Source of the DNA: Chrysochromulina tobinii
Lineage: Eukaryota
Direction of reading: 5' to 3'
NCBI GenBank assembly: GCA_001275005.1
Contig: JWZX01003212.1
Location: 1-50,359 of the forward strand
Length of the DNA stretch: 50,359 nt
A program made the position numbers and the translations under genes. Under the pieces are notes generated by a model, which did not search any database, was not told the DNA's origin, and saw nothing but the letters and a program-made list of their open reading frames with translations. Shown here in pieces: positions 10,101 through 18,807 of the stretch (position 1 is the stretch's first letter; every line of letters starts with the position of its first letter).

Positions 10101-11786
10101 GGCGGAGTGGGCGGCCGCGGTGGAGGCGGCGGAAGCTCAGGCGGCGGCGGTGTGGGCGGCAAGGGCGCATGAGCCGGCGGCTGCAAAGGCGACGGACTTG
10201 CCTAATATGGCGACGGAACCGCTTGAGGAGTTGCCTAATATGGCGACGGAACCGCTTGAGGAGTTGCCTAATATGGCGACGGAACCGCTTGAGGAGTTGC
10301 CTAATATGGCGACGGAACCGCTTGATGAGGGCGTCTTGCGAGACTACGTCGTCGACGATCCCGCCGTCATCGACGACGAGTGGGCAGCGGCGGTGCAGGA
10401 GGCAGAGGCGCAGGCGGCTGCAGAGAGAGCGGCGGCGCAGGTACACGGGGGTCTGCGCGTGGGTGTGCAGACGCTGCCGGCGCCAGCGCTACCGGCCATG
10501 GTGCCCGACACGGCGCCAGTGATGCCGGCAACGGTGCCCGACACGGCGCCGGTGCTACCGGTAAAGGTGCCGCAGATGGCCTCCGACTTTGATGACGATG
10601 ATGATGTGCTTGAGGATTTGCCCGCGGAGAGCGGTGCCGCCGTGTCGGGCGAGAGCGCCGTCTCGGGCGAGAGCGCCGTCTCGGGCGAGAGCGCCGTGTC
10701 GGGCGAGAGCGCCGTGTCGGGGGGCTTTTGGACGACGATTGGTTGGGGGCGTGCCAGCAGGAGCTGCGTCGAGCCGCCGCCCATCTCAGCGCCCACCACG
10801 CCCCGACACGGCGCTCACGCCCCCTCTCACGCGCCCCATCTCACGCGCCCCCCCGCGCCCCCCGACTCGCCACCAACCTGCCACTCGGCTTCCCCACAGG
10901 CTTCCCCTTCTCGCCACAGACGCCCGCCGTGAACGCCGTGGTGAGCGTTCACACCGCCGAGAGGGAGGCGGCTGGTGGGGCCCCTTCCCTGGCGTCCTTG
11001 GAGTCTGCGGCGCCCACTACGGCGCCCCCGATGGCCGGCTTCGACGCGTATGTTGCCAATACGGCGCCTCCAACGGCCGACATGATGCCTGCGGCGCTCA
11101 CTGCGGCTAGGGAGCCGCCAGTGAGAGAACCGCGCAGTCTGCCCAGCGGCACCAGTACGGCGCCACGCGCTGCCCCGGGCAGTCTGCCCAGCGGCACCAG
11201 TACGGCGCCACGCGCTGCCCCGGGCAGTCTGCCCAGCGGCACCAGTACGGCGCCGCGCGCTACCCCGGCGTCCCCGAACGCACCCTCGGAGCTCGCGGAC
11301 TTTGCGGACTTCACGTCTCCTTCTTTAGAGGCCGCCGAGCGGCTCGTGGCAGACGCACTGCGCCCCGGCGCGAACGCACTGCGCCCCGGGTGTGAAAACC
11401 CCGGGTGTGAAAACCCCGGGTGTGAAAACCCCGGCGCGGCGGCAGGATCGCCCGGGTGTGAAAACCCCGGGTGTGAAAACCCCGGCGCGGCGGCCGGATC
11501 GCCCGAGGTACCGCCCTGGCCGCCTGTGTGGACGCTGCTTGCATGCAAGTGCTCACCACGGCGCCCCCCCTCCCCACAGGTACTGCCCTGGCCGCCTGTG
11601 TCATCCGCCTCGTCGACCGTGCATGCGTCCGTGCCTCCCGAATCTCCGGAGGGCGAGATTGAGGCCGAGGTCGAGGCGACGGACGAGGTCGAGGCGACGG
11701 ACGAGGTCGAGGCGACGGACGGAGCGACCTCGACCGGAGACGCGAACCCGAAGAAGAAGAAGAAGTCGCGTAAGAAGAAGGCTTGA
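7135..11786 (+). CDS. Large Pro-rich membrane protein with two SH3/KOW-like modules, two TM segments and a UVR-like coiled coil
   Basis: ORF 7135-10932 joined to the frame of ORF 10728-11786 by a probable intron (~10751-10899, boundaries uncertain), plus intron 11508-11579. Duplicated GDxCxxxGL..NGKKA.VVG...GLW.V.IDGQ..VALRPENL modules; ELAQAVDAEDYAKAAELMPQIKQLR; TM segments at ~7960-8010 and ~9240-9300; basic C-terminus. Confidence 0.7.
10198..10326 (+). repeat. Coding 33-nt tandem repeat x~4 (LPNMATEPLEE)
   Basis: TTGCCTAATATGGCGACGGAACCGCTTGAGGAG repeated near-perfectly. Confidence 0.9.
11136..11486 (+). repeat. Coding tandem repeats: 45-nt unit x~3 (SLPSGTSTAPRAAPG) and 15-nt unit x5 (PGCEN)
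   Basis: Directly visible in DNA and translation. Confidence 0.85.
11508..11579 (+). other. GT-AG intron (72 nt), exon-duplicating family, acceptor module A
   Basis: Starts GTACCGCCCTGGCCGCCTGTGT; the next exon starts GTACTGCCCTGGCCGCCTGTGT. Ends GCATGCAAGTGCTCACCACGGCGCC-(C)n-TCCCCACAG. It is in frame, so splicing is inferred from the shared module. Confidence 0.75.
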
Positions 11787-12189
11787 CAGATCGAAGGGTC
11801 GGCGCTCGGGACGGCGCTTGGTTAGCTCTTGGCCCTCGGCGGCCTCCGTGTCTACGAGGCGAGCCCAGCTACGTAAGTCGATAGGCATGCACGTGGTGAT
11901 TGGATTCTTGCGCATGGCGATTCTGGCAAAGTCCATGGCACAGTCATGGGCGCCGCGCGTGTGAGATGTGTGGCATGAGAGCGGAGGGAGGGGCGGGCGG
12001 CCCCCCCTGGACGTGAGTACCGTACGTTACATATGCACAAAGCATAAAGCGATTAGCGCGCCGCCTGCGGCCGTTCCGCGGTCGTGCCGACCCAGCGTGC
12101 ACCAGCTTCTAGCTCAGCTTCCCGTCCAGCGACCACGGCGCCTGCGGCCAGACCCCCCGCCCGCGGCGCCCGCGCATTACCGCGGATAT

Positions 12190-13080
12190 GGTTTCTTCTG
12201 CTTCAGATTTGTCTTCTCGCCGAGGAGCGAGTTAACAGTGAAGGGCGGTTGGGCTGGGGTGAAGGTAACCCCGGCGAGTGAGGTATCAGAGCGGGCGAGG
12301 CTCGCTCCCGTAGCCAGCCGGAGGGTACGGTGGGAGAGCGCTCCACCCGTTGGCTGAGCACCCGCTGGGCAGGGTTGATATCCGATCAGTGGTATGTGCC
12401 TACAAGAACCAACCGAGACTATCGGTCTATTGCATAGGCACACACCAACGGTGAGACCTTGCCAAACGTCATCCAACGGGGGGAGCAGGGCCCTGCTGGG
12501 CGCCCCGGTGAAACGTTTCGCCGGCAGACGTTTCGTTCCGCCCAGGCATCTCTGTCTCGCCAAAACGAAATGGCGGCGCTCCCAAGAGCAACCCCACGAA
12601 GCTCAGCGCAGCAGTCAGGGCCAACACACGTTCGCGTGTCCGGCGACTTTTCAGCGAACATAGGGGGCTCGCGCCATGGCGAGCTCCCGCGGCTTTCAAA
12701 ATATTCAATCCCTTAACGAGCTCACGTACGAGAATTCTGAGTGTTTAATCCCGGCTCCCCGCCGCAACGGGTCGAAATCTCGCGCAGATGTGAGCCTAGC
12801 GCTTGTGGGTTCCAAGAATATCGCAACTTCCTCCATCGGTCACGGTTGCGCCACTGTGCCGGCCGGTGGCGGTCGTGTGGCCGGCCCCGCGCGCGTGCGC
12901 GGGGAGGACGTCGGAGACGGCTACGAGCCGAGCTAGCGTAGAGAGTCGGTTCGCTGACCCTGACGTACTCATTCGCACGCCGCTCGTTGTGTGCTCACTT
13001 TACACTGTGTGAAGACACATTTAACTTCGGGATAACAATGGTACTACCCGCAACCCGAGACGACTCTTTCGTCCGTCTCT
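12190..13080 (+). ncRNA. Candidate ~900-nt structured non-coding RNA between two convergent genes
   Basis: Dense 8-10 bp hairpins whose only non-Watson-Crick pairs are G-U on the + strand: 12253-75, 12289-307, 12395-442, 12505-24, 12663-88, 12885-904. UUCG-capped hairpin at 12626-39. No credible ORF. Confidence 0.45.
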
Positions 13081-13148
13081 CACGAGCCGCGCGCGCGCGG
13101 TAGGAGCGCAGCCGATGCACGAGTGACGAGGCCGCTTTTAGGGCCGAT

Positions 13149-16100
13149 TCAGTCGCCATGGTCCGCGGCAGCTTGATAATTTGCGCGCACGAGGGCCTCG
13201 GTTTCCTCCTCGAGCATCGCGACTACATCGTCGCTCTTGGCCGAAGCACCACGCCGCCGCTCGTACTTCAGGACGGCCAGGGCGTACAGCCGGTCGTAGT
13301 GGGCCATCGATAGGTCGTCCGGGGGCCAGACGCGCATCGCGAGCACGGTGGCCGCGAGCACGCAGCCGCTGAGAAGCTGCAGCGTGAGCAGCTGGAAGCG
13401 GTAGGTCCACAGCTGCTCCACGTCGAAATGGACGAGCAGCAGTGGCGGCACGAGGAAGGTGTACGCGCGGCTGGCTAGCCACGTGAGCACCAGGTGCACG
13501 AGCAGCGCGAGCAGGAGCATGTACACCTTGATGAGGTAGATCATCGAAACGTCCGAGTAGACGGGCGCCGTACCGAGGAACAGGCAGCGCACGTACTCGC
13601 TCGAGGCGGCGCCCAGGCGCGCGCAAAAGGCGCTCAAGCCGAAGCTCGCGCGGTGACGAGCCCGGCCGAATCGGTCGAGTCCATCGCCTCCAGGCGCGGC
13701 ACGCTTCGGCTTGTCACTGCGCCGACTTCTTTCGGTCGCTCCACGGCTCTCGCGGTCGTCATCGTCTGAACGGCTGTCGTCGCTGTAGCCGTCGTCGCTT
13801 GCGTCAGTGGCGGCGGCGGCGCCGTCAGTCTCTCCCGCATCTGAACGGTCGGTGAGGCCCTCCTCGCGAGGCTCGTCGTTCGGAGTGACCAGGTAGAGGA
13901 AGTGGTAGGTGCGAGCGACGACGAAGGCGATGAGGAGTGCAGGAAGCATTGCATCGATCAGGTACACGACGAGCTCCGTCGGGTAATGCAGCAGCGTCGA
14001 GTCCCAAGAAGTGTAGCCGCGCAGGTGCAGTAGGCCGAGGAAGCCGCCGAGGGCGCCACCGTAGTCGATTAGCAGAGCGAGCAGCGCGAACGCAAAGGCG
14101 CGTCGGTTCGCGTACTGGCCGGGCACCGGATGGTACGCGAGCTGCAGGTCGGCAAACGAGCCGCGCTGCACCATGGCGAGCACCGTGATGCCAAGGGCGA
14201 GAGCGCCGAGGCCCGTGAGCAAAGAAGAGGTGGATGCCTCGCCCGATGCTGCGCGGCGTAGCAGGCGCTCATGCAGCGCGACGAGCTCCGCGGTGAGGCT
14301 TGCGAGCTCGTCGGGCTGTGTGGGCGCCTCCGCCTGCAGCAGAAGGGCCTCCGATGCGCCTAGCGCGATGCTCAGCTTTGCGGCGAGCGCCGCCCCGAGC
14401 CGTTGCCGTTGGAGGAATACATCACGAGCAGAGAGGTGGAGCAGCTGCTGGTTGGCGAGGGGGAGCAGCGGGCGAATGGGAACGCCCTCACTCTCGCGGG
14501 GCACGGGCAGACCGAGCAGCGCCGCAATCGTGGGGGCGACGTCAACGGTACGCCAACCGCCGCCGGTGCGCGTGCCGCTCGGGCGCGGCGTATACAGAGC
14601 TCCCATGCGAGGCGAATTCACATCGATGGCGTGCGCGGCGCCCTCGCCATGGGCGCCGAGGGCACCGAGCATCGAGCCCGGCCGGTACGCCACCAGAGGC
14701 ACCTGGGTCGCGAGCGGTTCGGCGCCGCCCGAGCCGCCGGCGTCCACAGAGCCATGATCGGAGACGATGAGGAGCGTCGTGGTGGCATCAAGCTCGCGGA
14801 GCAGGCTGCCGATGTGCTTCGCGGCCTCCTCGAGTGCATGCACGTACGCGCCACGCGGGTCGAGGCCGGGCGCAGCGCCCGAGCAGTGCGCCTGCACGTC
14901 CGCCTGCGAGAGCTGCGCCGTCAGCAGCTCGAACAGGTGGCCGTTGACGCCGGGCGTGGGCGTGGGCGTGATGGTGGGCACCCAATGGCTCGTCTCCTCG
15001 TTCTCCAGCCACCCTTCCTCTTCATCGAGCTGCAAGGGATGGAGCACGCCGCGAGCGGCTGCGGCCGCGCCCGACCTCGCCGACCACGCACCGCTGTCAC
15101 CGCTGCTGCCACCCGAACCGCCGCCACTCGCTGCCCCGCCGCGCGATCCGGCACTGGCGCCACGCGCGCCGCCCATACCGGTCCCGCTCGCGCTCCCAGC
15201 CCCGGTAGCGGCAGGCTTGTCGTGCGCGGCGGCAAGGGCACGGTGGAGGAGCTGCATGCGCGTCTGGTCGGCTTGGCGGCCCGCAATGAAACCGTCCCCG
15301 TGGACCTGCTCGTACGAGGGCTCCTTAGGCCATCCCGCCCACGTACCGAGCTCTGGGGCGACGGCGCCCTCGGCAAAGAAGCGGTGCGGCCGGAGCAGCT
15401 GGCTGTGGAATAGCTCCGTAAACCACGGGCTACCCGTCGCAAACGAGGAGAGGCCGTGCAGGCGCGCCTGCCGGAAGACCGAGTCAAAGGGCGTCTCTGG
15501 CAGCCGATGGTCGCCGTAGACGCCGGTGAGAGCCGCCGAGGCGCCCGTTGCGAGGGCAAGCCATTGGGCCGTTGACGTCGACGGTGGTCCAGCGGTGAGC
15601 GGTAGCACCAGAGAGTCGCGCGCGAGCTCGGGCGACGAGAAGAGGGTGCGGAGTGCGGGCACCGCGTGCAGTGCATCCAGGCGAAGCCCCGACACCACCA
15701 GCAGCACCACGCGTGACGAGCCTCGTGGCTGCAGTGGCAGGTCTCCAAAATAATTCTCCACCGGCTGTGGGGCGTTGAGCGCGGCGAGCTCGGACTCATC
15801 GAGCCGCGGCGGGTCGGCGCCGAGGGTGCGGCGGAGCTCGAGCGCAAAGTTGGCGAGGGAGAGCAGCACGAGCGCGCCACTCACCGCGGAGAGCGCGTTG
15901 TTCGAGCGGCGGAGCTGTGCGCGGATCGAGCCACGCACCGAGCGCACCTCGAGGAACCTCTCGAGCCTTTCGAGGGAGGGCTGCTTAGTGTCGGGCTCCT
16001 CAAAGTGCGCGCGGAAGGCGGGCGCGGTGCTCACCTCATCGAGTGCCATCGGCAGGTCGATCGCGTCCTGGCGCGTCAGCAGCGCGCGCAACCCCGCGAG

Positions 16101-16538
16101 CGTGGCCGCGGCCGCGTGCGTCCAGATCACGACGTGAAGTGCTTTCTGGCGCTGCTCCGAGCTCGGGCCGAGCAGGCCAGCCGAGGCGGAGATGCCGGCG
16201 AGCAGCTCAGCACCAAAGACGGCGAGCGCACGCTCCATGCGGCGCTCCATGCGGACTGGGCGCAGGGCGAGCGAGAAGCCCAAGAAGCCTAAAGCGACGG
16301 CGCTGAGCGCCGCCGCAAGCCGCACGTACACAAAGGAGACGTCGACGTAATCGACGGCCTCGCGTGAGGTGAGGCAGAAGTCGACGGGATCAACGACAAA
16401 GGTGAAGACAAAGGCCGCGTCAAATACGAAGGCAGTGACGAGGACGAGCAGGTAGAAGCCACGGACCGGCGACCGGTGACGCCCCGCCGGCGGCATCCCC
16501 GTCGGTGTGTCAGGAACGGAGTCTCTTGTGGACAGCAT
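13149..16538 (-). CDS. Multi-TM alkaline-phosphatase-superfamily protein resembling GPI ethanolamine-phosphate transferases (PIG-G/O/N-like)
   Basis: 1129-aa ORF with motifs RVVLLVVSGLRLD, PPSTS..W..LATGA, ADVQAH, LLIVSDHG and DVAPTIAALLGLPVPRESEG, plus N- and C-terminal hydrophobic segments. Confidence 0.75.
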   Translation of the reverse strand: MLSTRDSVPDTPTGMPPAGRHRSPVRGFYLLVLVTAFVFDAAFVFTFVVDPVDFCLTSREAVDYVDVSFVYVRLAAALSAVALGFLGFSLALRPVRMERRMERALAVFGAELLAGISASAGLLGPSSEQRQKALHVVIWTHAAAATLAGLRALLTRQDAIDLPMALDEVSTAPAFRAHFEEPDTKQPSLERLERFLEVRSVRGSIRAQLRRSNNALSAVSGALVLLSLANFALELRRTLGADPPRLDESELAALNAPQPVENYFGDLPLQPRGSSRVVLLVVSGLRLDALHAVPALRTLFSSPELARDSLVLPLTAGPPSTSTAQWLALATGASAALTGVYGDHRLPETPFDSVFRQARLHGLSSFATGSPWFTELFHSQLLRPHRFFAEGAVAPELGTWAGWPKEPSYEQVHGDGFIAGRQADQTRMQLLHRALAAAHDKPAATGAGSASGTGMGGARGASAGSRGGAASGGGSGGSSGDSGAWSARSGAAAAARGVLHPLQLDEEEGWLENEETSHWVPTITPTPTPGVNGHLFELLTAQLSQADVQAHCSGAAPGLDPRGAYVHALEEAAKHIGSLLRELDATTTLLIVSDHGSVDAGGSGGAEPLATQVPLVAYRPGSMLGALGAHGEGAAHAIDVNSPRMGALYTPRPSGTRTGGGWRTVDVAPTIAALLGLPVPRESEGVPIRPLLPLANQQLLHLSARDVFLQRQRLGAALAAKLSIALGASEALLLQAEAPTQPDELASLTAELVALHERLLRRAASGEASTSSLLTGLGALALGITVLAMVQRGSFADLQLAYHPVPGQYANRRAFAFALLALLIDYGGALGGFLGLLHLRGYTSWDSTLLHYPTELVVYLIDAMLPALLIAFVVARTYHFLYLVTPNDEPREEGLTDRSDAGETDGAAAATDASDDGYSDDSRSDDDDRESRGATERSRRSDKPKRAAPGGDGLDRFGRARHRASFGLSAFCARLGAASSEYVRCLFLGTAPVYSDVSMIYLIKVYMLLLALLVHLVLTWLASRAYTFLVPPLLLVHFDVEQLWTYRFQLLTLQLLSGCVLAATVLAMRVWPPDDLSMAHYDRLYALAVLKYERRRGASAKSDDVVAMLEEETEALVRANYQAAADHGD

Positions 16539-16913
16539 GGTGTAGGAGGTGCTGGATGCGAGTCAGAGCAGTTTGGACGCCAAACGGGCGGACTTCTCCG
16601 TCCTTGTGGTGGTCAGCAGGGACGAAAATCTGCCTGGGAAGCGTGCGTCGATATCCACAAGGCATATGTCTTCTGTTCAACACAACGCGTCGTCGAATCG
16701 CCACGGTAGGAAGATGCGAAAGTCAGTTTTCCCACAAAACTTTTTCACATCCCCAGTCAAGCATACGTATAAACTGTGGCCAGCACCTACCCGGCGCCCG
16801 CCACCCATAGCCACCCATAGCCACCCACACATCGACTCCCCCACCCTACGCTGTCTCTTCCGCCATGTTCCGCACGCACTCTGAGAGACTCAGACTCACT
16901 CACTCAGGTAGCT

Positions 16914-18473
16914 TCACTTGACCCTAGCGTTCACCGATGTTGGCAGTGCCTCGTTCTTCAGCAGGGACGTGGCTTCGTTGGCGCCCTTATTGGCCGGCGC
17001 AAAGGGCCACTTGCGTACCAGGCTCTGGCGGAACAGGAAAAAGAGCGCTCCAAAGAGGATGTAGGCCAACGACATCTCGAGCATCGGGGTTTTGCCCGAG
17101 AAGACGTAGTTGTCGGTGGTGACGAAGATGAACGAGAAGATCAGCAGGTGCGGGACGACGACGATGGGCAGGTACCGGATCCTCCAGACCCTCTTGTCTT
17201 CGGGGAGCTCGCCTTTCGAGATGCGGTAGCGCAAGATGATGAGGCCGATCGCCTGGCCCATGAACTGCACGAGCACGAGCATCACTGTCATCGCGCCCAC
17301 AACGGTCTCGAGAGATAAGAAGCAGAAGACGGAAGAGAGCGCCCCCAGCGCCAGGAGCGAGAGCATGGGCACGTCTTCAGAGCAGCCCAGGGTGGAGCGG
17401 CGGCCGAACGCCTCGATGAACAGGCCGCTCTCGGCCGCCGCCCCAGGCAAGTACATCATGCCGGCCATCATCGAGAAGACCGAGCCGAAGATGACGACGC
17501 ACACGACGATGGCGGTGAAGACTGCAAAGCCGCGGCCGACGAGCTTCTCCGAAAAGTCCGCCATGATGTACGCCGTCGACTCATTGCCGTCGGTCATGCG
17601 CGTGACGAAGCCGTCCTCACCATCCCATGGCAGATAGCCGATGATCGCAACGTACGTGAGCATGTACACGAAGAGGAGCAGGGTGCACGTGATGATGCAC
17701 GAGCCCGGGATCGTCCGCCGTGGGTTCCGCACCTCGCCGCCCATGGTACAAACGTCGTAGTATCCAGTGAGGTCGTAGATGCCAAACCGACACGCGGCCC
17801 CAAGGCTCACGACGAACGAGAGCGCCCCGTCGTTGCCAAACGGTTGGGGAGGCAAGTGGAAGTTTTCGCCGTGGAAGTTGGCCAAGCCGGCGACGAGGCA
17901 GTACAGGATCGATGCGATGGTGATCCCCCATAGCACGTACACCACGCTGCCCGTTTCGCCTGGGCGTCGCATCAGCATGATGATGGTCAAGATGTTCAGA
18001 CCGAAGGCCGTGAGAGCCTTTGTCCAGTAGTCATCACGGCCGTGCACGTATGTGAGATAGCTCGAGATGGCGATGAAGCCCGAGGCAACCTGAGCAGGCC
18101 CGCTAATCCACGACTGCCACAGGAAGATGAAAGCCCCCAGATCTCCCCATGAGCCCTTCCCGTAGCACTCGCGAAGGTAAACGTACGTACCGCCCGACAG
18201 AGGGAAGCGCGAGCCCAGCTCTCCCCATATGAACGAGTCGCAAAAGCAAGCTAGCATAGCTATCGAGTAGCCGATCATGGCGTGTGGACCCGGCGGCGTC
18301 GTCGACGCGAGGCAGTAGGGTAGTGTGACGAATGGGCCCGTCCCGAACATCATCATCGTGTTGAGCGCACACGCCTGTGTGAACGTGTATTTGTTCGTGT
18401 CGTCGTCTTCATCCTCTTTCTTTGCAGCTTTCGCTGGTAGATCTCCGATAAAGCGTTCAAGACATGAAGCCAT
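16914..18473 (-). CDS. APC-superfamily amino acid permease
   Basis: About 12 hydrophobic segments; motifs MFGTGPF, WGELGSRFPLSGGTYVYLRECYG and GGEVRNPRRTIP. Start set at ATG 18473 (MASCLERF). Confidence 0.92.
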   Translation of the reverse strand: MASCLERFIGDLPAKAAKKEDEDDDTNKYTFTQACALNTMMMFGTGPFVTLPYCLASTTPPGPHAMIGYSIAMLACFCDSFIWGELGSRFPLSGGTYVYLRECYGKGSWGDLGAFIFLWQSWISGPAQVASGFIAISSYLTYVHGRDDYWTKALTAFGLNILTIIMLMRRPGETGSVVYVLWGITIASILYCLVAGLANFHGENFHLPPQPFGNDGALSFVVSLGAACRFGIYDLTGYYDVCTMGGEVRNPRRTIPGSCIITCTLLLFVYMLTYVAIIGYLPWDGEDGFVTRMTDGNESTAYIMADFSEKLVGRGFAVFTAIVVCVVIFGSVFSMMAGMMYLPGAAAESGLFIEAFGRRSTLGCSEDVPMLSLLALGALSSVFCFLSLETVVGAMTVMLVLVQFMGQAIGLIILRYRISKGELPEDKRVWRIRYLPIVVVPHLLIFSFIFVTTDNYVFSGKTPMLEMSLAYILFGALFFLFRQSLVRKWPFAPANKGANEATSLLKNEALPTSVNARVK

Positions 18474-18807
18474 TTCGCGACGTCCTGCTGCTGCAGCGAG
18501 CAAGAAGCCGCCACCTTGCCACAAACAGAGGCCCGATTAGGTTCGGTCCGCACAAGGATTTCCCAAAAAGGGCACAAAACCCTTTTTTGGTGAAAGATCA
18601 AGTAACGCACCCCCAACACCTGGAGGCGCATAACACAGCATCCAGTTGCACAGGAGCCTTCACGCTTTCGACGCCTTCCTTCACGCTCACACCTGCGCGC
18701 GCGGGGCTGCCGTGTGAGCGAGTGTGGAGAGCGTCGTGTGTGAGTTCGTGTGTGTGCGTCGAGACGTGAGGTGCCCTGCCTCGACACGGGCGTGCGGGAC
18801 CTTCGCC

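Noticed and set aside
12925..12964. Group II intron domain V (GAGCCG...CGGTTC)
   Set aside because: The hairpin is too short and lacks the GNRA loop, AC bulge and a following domain VI.
13001..13013. TACACTGTGTGAA shared with 42751-42763
   Set aside because: An isolated 13-mer with no flanking similarity; cannot be distinguished from chance.
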